A stretch of 63,741 bases of DNA, filler included, from Octopus bimaculoides (Eukaryota), in assembly GCF_001194135.2 (NCBI RefSeq). It is 8 parts of 7 records of this genome, joined end to end, with 100 filler letters (N's around TTAATTAATTAA, not from the genome) between each part and the next. Parts side by side here need not be neighbours in the genome. Positions count along the whole stretch, not along the records: positions 19,631 to 29,414 come from NC_068990.1; positions 29,515 to 41,903 come from NC_068984.1; 6 more parts are not named here. One strand, given 5' to 3'. Below are positions 25,701-37,872 of this stretch, one piece after another. Under the pieces are notes generated by a model. The model saw only the letters and a program-made list of their open reading frames with translations. It ran no database searches and was not told the DNA's origin. The position numbers and the translations under genes were made by a program. The first letter of the stretch is position 1; each line of letters begins with the position of its first letter.

Positions 25701-27691
25701 TGCGCTAGGTTCAAAATGCTCAAAACTCGGTGTATGCCTCTTAGCTGCCTCATAAGCAGCCCCAACCGCCCATTCAGAGGGAAATTTCAGATTGGGATGC
25801 TAGTGAGGGGTTCTCTACTCTTGCAATAGAAAGAATCTTTGTGTGGTCGTTCACAGCAACCAAATATATCCTTAAGTCAACGACACACTATTGTCTTAAA
25901 AGTAGATGGCTTAACAAAATAAAGCACTGGGGTTGATTTGTTGGACTAAAATAGCTTTTAGGCGATGCTCCAGCATGGCTGCAGTCCAGTGACTGAAACA
26001 AATAAAAAAAGATAAAACAAGCTATTGAAAAGCAAAACATGTGACATCAGTTGTAGAGGTCAGGATGGCTGAAATGTCCGTAGGGAGACACTGTTAATGC
26101 TGCCATCGATGCTAATGTAGTTCCAATCCATTTTGTTAGCAACATTTGAGTAGTTGAACTAACCATAGTCCGAGTCAAACGAAGGAGCATCTAAAAAGGG
26201 TAATAGCACTTGCTACAAATAGCGGTTAAATCTCCCTCAAATAACATCCTATCCAGGGTTAGATTTAGACCTTATGGGGCTCCTAGGTCAATTGGATTTT
26301 GTTAATTCAAAATATAAAGAGATATTAAAGGCCCCTTTAAATATAGAGTTCCCAAATAGTTTGAAGAGGCTCCAAAGCGGGCCTTATAACATTATTTATA
26401 AGTGGAGAATACGTCCGAATTGATAACGTAATACTGACCTCGGCTTTTTAAGTCTATAAGGGAACCCTAGAAATCAAAAACGGGGTTCAATAATTTTAAA
26501 AGAACTCTATGACTATACACGACAAAAAAAGAAAAAAGAGAAAAGATTGAAGAAGTAAAAAAAGCAAAAAATGTATTTTTTTCCTTTTTCCTCCTAAACT
26601 TTAAGGTCTAAGTGGTTGAGGCCCTCCAAGTGTTAGGGTTCCTCGACTGTAACCCATATTAGCCNNNNNNNNNNNNNNNNNNNNNNNNNNNNNNNNNNNN
26701 NNNNNNNNNNNNNNNNNNNNNNNNNNNNNNNNNNNNNNNNNNNNNNNNNNNNNNNNNNNNNNNNNNNNNNNNNNNNNNNNNNNNNNNNNNNNNNNNNNNN
26801 NNNNNNNNNNNNNNNNNNNNNNNNNNNNNNNNNNNNNNNNNNNNNNNNNNNNNNNNNNNNNNNNNNNNNNNNNNNNNNNNNNNNNNNNNNNNNNNNNNNN
26901 NNNNNNNNNNNNNNNNNNNNNNNNNNNNNNNNNNNNNNNNNNNNNNNNNNNNNNNNNNNNNNNNNNNNNNNNNNNNNNNNNNNNNNNNNNNNNNNNNNNN
27001 NNNNNNNNNNNNNNNNNNNNNNNNNNNNNNNNNNNNNNNNNNNNNNNNNNNNNNNNNNNNNNNNNNNNNNNNNNNNNNNNNNNNNNNNNNNNNNNNNNNN
27101 NNNNNNNNNNNNNNNNNNNNNNNNNNNNNNNNNNNNNNNNNNNNNNNNNNNNNNNNNNNNNNNNNNNNNNNNNNNNNNNNNNNNNNNNNNNNNNNNNNNN
27201 NNNNNNNNNNNNNNNNNNNNNNNNNNNNNNNNNNNNNNNNNNNNNNNNNNNNNNNNNNNNNNNNNNNNNNNNNNNNNNNNNNNNNNNNNNNNNNNNNNNN
27301 NNNNNNNNNNNNNNNNNNNNNNNNNNNNNNNNNNNNNNNNNNNNNNNNNNNNNNNNNNNNNNNNNNNNNNNNNNNNNNNNNNNNNNNNNNNNNNNNNNNN
27401 NNNNNNNNNNNNNNNNNNNNNNNNNNNNNNNNNNNNNNNNNNNNNNNNNNNNNNNNNNNNNNNNNNNNNNNNNNNNNNNNNNNNNNNNNNNNNNNNNNNN
27501 NNNNNNNNNNNNNNNNNNNNNNNNNNNNNNNNNNNNNNNNNNNNNNNNNNNNNNNNNNNNNNNNNNNNNNNNNNNNNNNNNNNNNNNNNNNNNNNNNNNN
27601 NTGTGTCTATTAAGACCTAAATTGTTCTCAACATGAAATACAGCATATATATATATATATAGATAGATATACATATACACACACACAAGTG

Positions 27692-27731
<40 letters not shown>

Positions 27732-28254
27732 CACACACACGAAGCTTCTTTCAGTTACCGTCAACCAAATCCAGTCAGAAAGCTTTAGTCAGCTCGTGTC
27801 TAAAGTAGAAGACGCTTGCCCAAGGTGTCATGCGGTGGGACCGAACTCTTACCACATGAACGTTTAAAATAAAAAAACAAAAAAACAAAACAAAGGACTG
27901 GCTGTTTACTATTTGAATGCCTTTGATCATGGGTCTACTCAAATAAGACTGCATTGAAGCTAAATAACAACAGTAACAGCAATGAACCGCAGTTACTTAG
28001 AATATAACACAACGTATTTATGATACAATACATTTACAGTTTATGGCACAATACAATAAAACAATTACAACACAATGCAATAAAGGACGTACATAACAAT
28101 TGTGAGGATTGCACACAACAGCACGGAACAAAATATTCAATGATGCAAAATGTTAATAACATTTACTACACAATTACAACACAATAGAATAAAATACTTA
28201 ATAATTACGTGTGCGAGTATGAAAAGAAAGTGTCTATCAAGCTAGCTGTCTGTC

Positions 28255-28318
<64 letters not shown>

Positions 28319-28605
28319 AACGTTCACAGAAACACTGAAGTACATAAAGCATTGACACACAAAGGTACATATAAACATATAGACACTTACCATACACATA
28401 CACGCACATACGTTCAAACATCTTTGTTGGTGTAATATGTACTCACACAAATGAGCCCAAAAACGCTTACGTACGACGTATAAACACATAAACACAAACA
28501 AGCATATGTATCCAGATACACACATTTACACACATGTACACACGAATTCATAGTCACACGTACATTAATCCATCCATACATACATGCATACATACATACA
28601 TACAT

Positions 28606-28890
28606 TGCAGTTATCCTATCCAGATTACAAGTTCAGGTTTCTACCTGTAATTATTGGTGCGCTGCGATATGTAACACACTGCCTAAATACCAATCTTGAG
28701 AAATTAGGCTTCTCAAAGCCAGAAAGGAGAAAGCTAATTTGAAGACTTCAAATCTAATCCATCACTGGAACTGTAAAAATCTGTAAGACTTTCCAGAAGT
28801 TTATCATTTAAATATAAATAAGCATGTCTAGATATGCAACTATATGCATGAGAATACGTACATAAAGCAAAACATACAAATCTGCACATA
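28606..28890 (+). mobile_element. R4-like REL LINE (family C) 3' fragment in a (TACA)n tract
   Basis: LQLSYPDYKFRFLPVIIGALRYVTHCLNTNLEKLGFSKPERRKLI..SITGTVKICKTFQKFII*, plus a 3' UTR homologous to 9650-9900. Confidence 0.82.
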
Positions 28891-28969
28891 CATACATACA
28901 TACATACATACATACATACATACATACATACATACATACATACATACATACATACAAACAAAAATACCC

Positions 28970-29414
28970 TGCCAACTCCATGCCAACGATTAGGTCTTTT
29001 CTCTTGAATAGCTGTGTTGAGTCGTTCCATCCGTTGAACATGGAGTTCCGCGTTGACCGTTTGGTTCCGTTGAAGCAATCCGTAATGGATAATCCCTTCC
29101 CAGTCCCACCATACGCACAACATCGTTTTACGCGGATGAAGATCTTGTTTCACACGTGGTGTTGCTTGTTTACCGGGGCTAAGCCATTCCTTACGCTGCT
29201 TCATATTGATGTACAGGCACCATTTTTCGTCGCCAGTAACGATTCGATAAAGAAATCGTTGCTTGTGTCCATGAGTTGAGCGGTGACGTGCAAGTAAACC
29301 AGCGGAGATTGTGGCTCGTTGATTTTTGTTGTTGTCACTTAAAGCATGCGGAACCCATGCTCCATACTTCTGAACCTTTCCCATCGAGCGAAGATGCTTC
29401 TCTATAGTTGTGTG
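28970..29414 (-). mobile_element. mariner transposase fragment (DD34D N-half)
   Basis: GAWVPHAL..RIVTGDEKWCLY..HPRKTMLCVWWDWEGIIHY; stop-free for ~135 aa; truncated by a gap and a microsatellite. Confidence 0.95.
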
Positions 29415-29616
29415 NNNNNNNNNNNNNNNNNNNNNNNNNNNNNNNNNNNNNNNNNNNNTTAATTAATTAANNNNNNNNNNNNNNNNNNNNNNNNNNNNNN
29501 NNNNNNNNNNNNNNATATATAGTAAATCCCCCAAAAGAACAAACACAAAAAACAACAACGCAAGGACGTGGTACATGTAATGTATTAGCAGATGCTCAGG
29601 AAAGGAAAGAAAGATG

Positions 29617-29652
29617 GTTTAACGTTTCGAGCAGACGCTCTTCTTCGGAAAC
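29617..29652 (-). ncRNA. Variant minimal hammerhead motif (U4C core, extra A)
   Basis: GUUU CCGAAGA A GAGC-GUCU-GCUC GAAA CG U U AAAC; all three stems present, with palindromic AACGUU at stem III. Confidence 0.45.
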
Positions 29653-29713
29653 AGAGGAAAGTTTAATAGAAGGGAAGACAAAGGAAGAAAATCGCCAACG
29701 ATTCACGTGTGGT

Positions 29714-29887
29714 TAAGGCAAATTAAAAAATGGAGAGGACATACAATCGACAAACATGAGCCAGTAAACATTCAATTATATCTATTAATTAAATGATGGT
29801 GAACATATGTGTGAGTGACACAAATTAATAAATGAAATAAGTCAATAACTGTATAAACAGATATATATACATAGATAGATAGATACA

Positions 29888-29941
<54 letters not shown>

Positions 29942-30153
29942 TACATATATATATACATATATACACATCATTTGTTTCTATATATATATATGTGTGTGTG
30001 TATGTATCTTTATGCAGTTATTGACTTATTTCATCTATTAATTTGTGTCATTCACGCATATGTTTACAATCATTTAATAAATAGATATAATTCAATGGTT
30101 ACTGGCTGATGTTTGTCGATTGTATATCCTCTCCATTTTCTTATTTGCCTTAT
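29714..30153. repeat. Foldback: ~145-bp inverted repeats around a microsatellite spacer
   Basis: 29714-29857 vs 30009-30153 are reverse complements, roughly 90% identical by eye. Confidence 0.92.
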
Positions 30154-30302
30154 AAATTTCTGGGTAAATTTCTAATTTACCCCTAGCCATACCTAATACT
30201 CAACTACGATATTGCCATACAATACTAAGCACTTGGTTATAAATACTTAGATACACATCCAGTAGTATATTGGATATTTAATATCCCTTAGACGGTTTCT
30301 TA

Positions 30303-30374
<72 letters not shown>

Positions 30375-30383
<9 letters not shown>

Positions 30384-31212
30384 TATATACATACATATAT
30401 GTACGTACCTACATATATATGTATATATACATGCTTATATGGGTGCAGGACATAAAAAAAAAACGTTAAACACAATGAGAAACGAAAACATAGAAAACGA
30501 ACTTTTTCAAACAACGAAAACAAGCAAACAGAGAAATGAGACATGCAACATAAAGAATATTCCCCTTCATCAGTTGTCCCTGTTTCATTTAGTCCGCGTT
30601 TCGAAGGTAAGGACAGAACGCGACTTCGTTGAAACAGTCCTTCCCGGAAAGCAAATTAAATAAAATTTGGGATATTTTGCGGAGTGTGAAAGTGTTAACA
30701 AGAACAGGACAGTGAGAACAAGACAGTAAAAACAAACGGTGAGGGCCGTTGAGCCAAGACGATAGAAAGATTATTATGAACGCTAGGAGGACAAGCCATG
30801 AGAGGAGACAGGCAAAAGCACATCTTGTCTTTAGGAAAGAAATGGACAGAAAGATAGATTCCCTTTCGTCACGTGTCAGCGACGAGAGAGTCAAGGAGGA
30901 AGAGTGAGAGAAAGAGGGAACGGTAAAGGGGAGAGAAGAAGAATAGGGAAAGGGTGGGAGAGAAAAACAGAAAGGATGAAGAACAAGAGAGGGAGAGAGA
31001 TAGACAGAGAAGAGATAGTAGAGATAGAAGAAGAGTGCGCATCGTAATTGTTAAAATAAAACTTACTTGGTAAAGGATGCGTGGCGTTCGATCATTTAAT
31101 AATATAAATAATATATAAATATATGCATATATACATACATATATGTACATACCTACATATATATGTGTATATACATGCATATATGGGTACAGGACATAAA
31201 AAAACCGTTACA
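30375..31212 (-). mobile_element. Direct-repeat-bounded non-coding element (possibly Penelope pLTR-derived)
   Basis: ~95-bp direct repeats at 30375-30470 and 31115-31212; a third copy of the repeat at ~19635-19690; CTGATGA and GAAAC motifs on the minus strand. Confidence 0.55.
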
Positions 31213-31270
31213 CGTTGATATTGAACTGCGAGAATGAGTGCTCAACACCGAATAAATATTATTTATTCAT

Positions 31271-31348
31271 GGGATAACCAGGCTACCATTGGTTTCATGT
31301 TAAGAGAGACATCTCTGAACATAAAACCAATGGTAGTCTGGTAATCCC
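31271..31348. repeat. 78-nt hairpin, 31-bp stem
   Basis: Arms 31271-31301 and 31318-31348 with 2 mismatches and 1 G-U; the loop also pairs. Confidence 0.92.
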
Positions 31349-31359
31349 ACAAATGAAAG

Positions 31360-31464
<105 letters not shown>

Positions 31465-31694
31465 CATGCATGCATGTACATATGTATGTATACATGTATG
31501 TAATGAAGCCAGATCTAGTAATGGCTGAATGCATTTGATACGTACGTTTCGGATCGTTACGCAATAGCTAACAAGAAATTCATCTCCCACGCAAGACCTT
31601 CTGAAGTTAAGATAATTGCATATATGTCTATATGTCTGCATGTCTGTGTGCATGCATGTATGTATGTATGTATGTATGTATGTATGTATGTATG

Positions 31695-32585
31695 TGCGAA
31701 GAGGTACCAAAAAGTAACCGGAAACGTTCTCTGTGGGACAAGCCCATTGTAGTTTTGGGCTTGCGCCGCTAGAAGCCATTTTTATGCAACCCTCAGGCAT
31801 CAGTCAGTCACGGGCGTCGTCCAATGTAGTCTTACTGCCACGTTGTGCACCTTTATTTTGCAGTACTTCTCCCCTGTTGGTCGATTTTTGCGATGGCTAA
31901 AACGAAGGAATAGCATGCTTTCGTGAAATTCTGTTTTCTACTGGGAAAAACGGCGGCCGAAACACTTGTCATACTTCAAACAGCATACAAGGACACTGCT
32001 ATCAGCATAACACAAGTTTACGAAAGGTTTTCACGTTTTAGGAATAGTCATTTGTTGCTTGAAGACCAACTTCGTTCAGGGCCACCGTCGACCTCCCGAA
32101 CGAAGGAAAACATCACGAAAATTCATGAACTGATTTTGGAGGACCGTCACTGAACAATTGATGAGCTTGTGTATCCTGGAGTTCCTGGTGTATCCTGGAA
32201 TTCCTGCCAACGAATTTTGGGAGAGGAGTTGCGAATGAAAAGAGTTTCAGGAAAATTTGTGCCTTGCTTGCTCACAGAAGATCTAAAGCAATCACGATTG
32301 AATGCGCGTCGTGAACTTAAAGAACAGTTGGAAGTTGATCCGGACCATTTTTTCGAAGGTCATCACTGGTGATGAAAGTTGGTGCTACGGAATTTGCAGA
32401 CGTGGAAGAAATGAAGAAAAATACGACGGAGGCGTTAAAAGGTATCACTTCGCATGAGTTCAGCGCTGCTTCAAACAGTGGAACACGCGTCTGGACCGAT
32501 GCATTGCTTCAAATGGAGAATACTTTGAAAACGATAAAAGTGAATAAAATAACATTGCAAAATTTCTTTTGGGTAATCTTCTCGT
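31695..32585 (+). mobile_element. Internally deleted mariner with both ends
   Basis: Left TIR-like GCGAAGAGGTACCAAAAAGTAACCGGAA; KFCFLLGKTAAET HTH; KRVSGKFVP; TGDESWCY joined directly to the C-terminal EFADVEEMK..GEYFE; right end ..GGTAATCTTCTCGTA. Confidence 0.92.
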
Positions 32586-33542
32586 ATGTATGTATGTATG
32601 CATGTATGTATGTATGTATGTGTGTGTGTATGTATGTATGTATGTATGCATGCATGTATGTATGTATGTATGTATGTATGTGTGTGTATGTATGTATGTA
32701 TGTATGTATGTATTATGTATGTATGCATGCATGTATGTATGTATGTATGTATGTGCGTGTGTATGTATGTATGTATGTATGCCGAGATGGGCACCGTTAA
32801 TCGAAAAGATTTTCTGAGGGGCGGGAGAGGAGTTTCGGAAAATTCATAGGACCCGACATTTTCCTCCTCACAACTTTCTGGAAAATAGGTATTTTTTAAT
32901 GAAATTTTAAACAAATGCCNNNNNNNNNNNNNNNNNNNNNNNNNNNNNNNNNNNNNNNNNNNNNNNNNNNNNNNNNNNNNNNNNNNNNNNNNNNNNNNNN
33001 NNNNNNNNNNNNNNNNNNNNNNNNNNNNNNNNNNNNNNNNNNNNNNNNNNNNNNNNNNNNNNNNNNNNNNNNNNNNNNNNNNNNNNNNNNNNNNNNNNNN
33101 NNNNNNNNNNNNNNNNNNNNNNNNNNNNNNNNNNNNNNNNNNNNNNNNNNNNNNNNNNNNNNNNNNNNNNNNNNNNNNNNNNNNNNNNNNNNNNNNACTT
33201 AAAACCCGTGAGAGAAACATTTTCGGTTTTAGAAAAATTGTTAATAATTTCAGAGAAAAATGCGTGGTTTAAGGGAGATCTGGCTGTTGTTTCTAGCACA
33301 TCCCAAAACCTCCCTCCTCGTTTCTTTCTCACTCAATATTTTTCTCCCCACAGATAAATTTTATGGAATGATGATGAAAGTAACACACGTGTAGTCCCAA
33401 CCGAACGAGGCCGAGTGGAAATTTTTACCGGTGAGTGTTAAATTATAAGGCACTAAAAGAGAATGACTCTCCCCAGACACAACAGAATATGCTTCAACAC
33501 ACGAACTCACATAAAGTATCTTGCAAACTTCATCCAAAAACG

Positions 33543-33581
<39 letters not shown>

Positions 33582-35914
33582 CAACTCTCGTGCGTCAGAG
33601 ACGCATTCGTTGCTTGACTGCTTGCATTTTATTTGAAGTTAGGTTTGACAATAAATTAACCCATCGCAAACTGCAATAAACGGCGAGTAGCAACAATAAT
33701 ATCTGATTGATAAATATCAGCTGGGGGCCGTCATTAATTCTATTATTCATGTGTGACCGTGAGTGCTGACTGTAAGATATATAAGAGATCAATACATAAT
33801 TCAGTCAGTAAGTTTGGTTGCCAGGGAGAGTTTAAAAGTATGATGTTTCAAACAGTAACTCAGCATAAACATTTCTTTTTTTTACTTCCCATAATTTACT
33901 GATACCGATAGACTCTTGTATCTAATTGTCGTTTTCTGCGTCACAGACACTAGCTTCTTTCCTCGAACTCCATATTTTATTCTATTGCTAGATTAATATG
34001 CCATGCAAAAACTACATAACTGCACTGTTAAAAAATTACTGAAGTATGAAGCAAAATTTATTTGTATAATTAACCAAATAGGCAATATTTCTCAGTGGCG
34101 GTGAGAACTGACCCACAACAGATTTTGAAGTACCCTAAAGTTTAATGACATCTTCCAAAAGCTTCCTCGAATACATTATGGACCTACCTGTTGTTACTTC
34201 TAATTACAAATATTTCTATGCAAGTGATATCATATTTCGATTTCTCCTTAACCCTCCCCGCCCCACATAGGTGCCATTTGTAGGCAACGTAAACACCTTA
34301 ACTCTGACCGAGACGTGACAACCTAATCTCCATCAATATCTTAAATATACACCTTCTCTGCGTATGAACAACACATGAGTAATGCCCTGCTAAGTTTTAT
34401 AATCCCTTAGATATCTCTCATGGCGAACTTTGCTTAGAATAATGCCAAAACTATATTCCAACAACTATGCTTTTTCTTTAGAATTAAAATATATTTTTGT
34501 CTTGATCAGTTGCTGACCTTATACAAAGCTCAAGTACGATCCACACTGAAATGTTGCTCAATTATATAGGATCATGATATCGTTATACACACGAAGATCC
34601 AAGTTCATATCGCAAAGAAAACCGCTCGGTTGATCGCCAAAGATTCATTCACTCGTTCGCTGCAGATCTCTCTTACTCAAACTCACTTAAGATATGTAGT
34701 AACGCCGTGTCTCGTGCGCATGCGTAGTCCCACGCATGCGTGGAATTCAACATCTAAGCGTTCCCGCTTTTATCATTCTCTTTTCTCGCCAGCCGGCGAC
34801 GATGGCAGACGTCCAACAGCCTGTCTCCATCATTCAACTCTGGGGACAGCTCACATCAACATTCCAACGTCTCAGCAACTATGCTCTCTCACAGAAGGCG
34901 TCTCAACAGACAAGATTAAAGCTGCATATTTTCCACCATGAATAAATATTGTTGTGTTGATAGTTTGGAGTTCTGCGTTCCGTTTATTCTGATTTAATAT
35001 AGGAAGCCGGTGTATAACCACTATTCCTATAGATACTTGTCTCTCTCTCTGTCTATTTTGCCGTCATTCATTCTGTATTTCAACCAGCACCTTTATCCTA
35101 AATCCTGCATTAAATGTACACCAGAGATGTCTTACCGAGATTTATATACCTTTGGGATTTTCTTATCTCCCCCTTTTCCCCTCAAAAATCGATATACCGA
35201 AGTTCAAACTATCAACTTTATCAATCTAACCGCTCTAAAAGTGCCTTCAGTAGCGTTGCCTTTCCTGTGATTAATTAATTTTAAGAACATTGTTTGATGG
35301 TTATTTTTTTTGCCAAATAAACACACCCACAGCCATATACATACATGTGGGGGGGGGGGGGTGAATTTGTGTTGCAAGATTCTTGATGTAAAATCGTGTG
35401 TTGTAACAGATGTTGTTGCATTTTCGGGATGGTCTTTTTTTTTTTACATGCACTATTTTATTCGTTTTCACTCGTTTATTACTGTTTTTATTCAAACTCA
35501 AATCCCATGAGAGAGATGATGGTTTTGGATCTTTCATCGTGAAGAAAATCGACGAATTGCTACCTTTTAGAGCAATAGTTTCTATCTTTATGTGAAGTGC
35601 AAACTCTAAAGCAATGTTTAAAACGTATATCAATACATGGCAGTATGATATGAACATTGAAGAAGATGATTATGTCTGTGGATATTAGAGAGAAATAATC
35701 TGATTATATACTAGATGCTTTAACATTAGCTGGAATAAAATTCTGAACACAGCTGAGGTTACACAACTTGCTGGGTATTATCAGCCTCAAACACACCTGC
35801 CCTGTTCAAGAAGATGTGGCAGAAATATGCCGGTTCTTTCACGAAAGTCTTAAAGTATTTTTTTAGAAGTAAGAAAATCTGCCTCTTGTCGTTCACACAC
35901 CATAAGGACCTCAT

Positions 35915-35928
35915 GTTGCCCTAGTAAC
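35915..35928 (+). promoter_or_regulatory. Canonical RFX X-box GTTGCCCTAGTAAC
   Basis: Matches GTNRCC-N2-RGYAAC; ~1.9 kb upstream of the CFAP418 ATG. Confidence 0.4.
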
Positions 35929-37059
35929 GCACAGGCTAGCACTGTGTCTGTGACATGTCGGGATTCCAAGTTAGTAATCCCGCTTCCCCGTAATTTGTCG
36001 TTTGATTTGACTACAGGCCTGGATTAATCGAGGGGCAAAGATGAGCTTCTGGTACCGTGATTTCATTTACCCACAGCCTTCCAAGTGTTATTTGTTTCTT
36101 TCTTTATATATATTTATTTAGATGTAAAATAGAAGTAAGAAACGCTATAATTTATATATGACATTTTCCCTGCATTCAAATTTGAATTCGTCTACTGATA
36201 AAATCTCTTCAATCTGACCGACAGATATTTTAATTAATTTTTTTAAACTAAACACTTTGAAATTTCGGATACTGGTAGAATGTGTCACATAGAACAGTGT
36301 TTACTCTTAACGTTTTTGACAAAATTTTGTATTTTAGAAGTTATTTCGTGTTGAAGTTGTCGTATTTTGGATAATTTTAACCAATCAATGACGTGTATTC
36401 AGCTGAAGAAAATTACTGCTGCTGTTTGCGAACAACTTCCGATTCCACTAACGAAACCCTTTAATAACCAGAAATGTTTTTATAGCAACATAAGTTTGCT
36501 GTATCCGGGTTGATTTGAGGCTAAATAACAACAAAATTATTACTGAGACAGACCAACGACAGAGCTTGTATGTGATTGCATGACCTGCTAGAAAAAGTAG
36601 CCAAACTTTTTTTTTTATATACAGAATAAAAAAAACCCTCTATCCTGTAGAATCCATTATGTCTGGGAAGAAAGACGGAATGGTCACAGTTGGGACGTCA
36701 TCCAGTAGCTTCCTGAAAAATTTGACCGTCTGTTACTATTAGCTACAACTGTCGAAGTGTTGTACCACACATGACAAATTAATTGTACTAGTGGAAAAGG
36801 ACCTGTGAACAAGCTCCTAGGAGCTTCAACACGGAAACTATCCAGTATCTAGTATCCAGTCAGACTCAACTTGGGACTAAACAACAAATGACGAAGGGAA
36901 CAAGACGAGGCAACGAGAGAGCCTTTGCCTGGTCGCTCGAGTTACTGGAAAGAGCAACTAAATCTTCCCGACAAAAAGAAAAATGAAATTTCCGTCTTCA
37001 AGAAAAAAAAAATAATGCAAATTTATAATGCAGCAACTTACAAAAAAAAACCCAGCCTA

Positions 37060-37375
37060 GATTAGTAAACAGATCCACTCCTATTTTATTCAAGACAACA
37101 CCAGACCACACATCGCAAAAATGATATTTACGAAGCTACAGGAGTTGAAGTTCTCCATCATCCACCATACTCACTTGATCTTGCCCCCCACTGACTACCA
37201 CTTCTTCCGGAATTTAGATAACTTTCCGATAGGAAAAAAATCTAATTCCGACTATGATTACAAGATTTTATTGACTCTAGATTGCCAAGCTTTTACAGTT
37301 CCGGGCTGGACAAGCTACCGCTGAAATGGCAAAAGTGTATTGAGAATATGGGTACATACTTTGATGAATAAAACT
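37060..37375 (+). mobile_element. mariner transposase C-terminal relic
   Basis: QDNTRPH..HPPYSLDLAPTDYHFF..LPLKWQKCIENMGTYFDE* across frameshifts. Confidence 0.9.
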
Positions 37376-37549
37376 ATTCCTAGCATTTATAAAACATTGC
37401 CAAACATCTAATGAAAAAATCGTCAGAGAGATTTTGAAACCTTAACCTGTCAGCAGTCGACAACAGTGGTGGGATAGACAGACAGGTGGACGGAGACGGG
37501 ACAAAGAGAGAGAGTGAGAGAGAGAGAGGGAGGGAGAGATATAGAGAGA

Positions 37550-37789
37550 GAGATGGCGGTAACATGTAGTAGGTGTGCAGAATAAAACATAACTGAACGT
37601 GTGCAGCATGTTATTTCTAACGTAAAATCATTAAATATTCATTGCAGCCTCTATAATTGCCTGTTATACTGGAATAACAAGATGTAAGAACTTTAAATGT
37701 TAGCAATACAACAATGACGAAATAAGAAAGTTATTTTCTCCAATCAAAATCCGTGTTTTGCGTTTCTGCTGTTGCTAACTGTAAACAAC
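37550..37789 (+). promoter_or_regulatory. CFAP418: Putative CFAP418 promoter/5' UTR
   Basis: YY1-like AGATGGCGG (~37551-37559), RFX half-site GTTGCTAAC (37771-37779) and forkhead GTAAACA (37781-37787) immediately before the ATG; CpG retained. Confidence 0.45.
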
Positions 37790-37872
37790 ATGGACGACGG
37801 CGACGATATTGACGATTTGTTGAATGAAGCCGAGCAATCCTTCAATTCACGATTTAAGCGTCAAAATTGCCG
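37790..37872 (+). CDS. CFAP418: CFAP418/C8orf37 homolog exon 1
   Basis: MDDGDDIDDLLNEAEQSF resembles the N-terminal DLDELLDEVESKF motif of human CFAP418 (recalled); GTAAGC donor, phase 2. Confidence 0.85.

Noticed and set aside
26250-26664. Odd homopolymer-rich sequence before a large gap
   Set aside because: No recognisable gene or organellar match by eye; resembles low-quality contig-end sequence.
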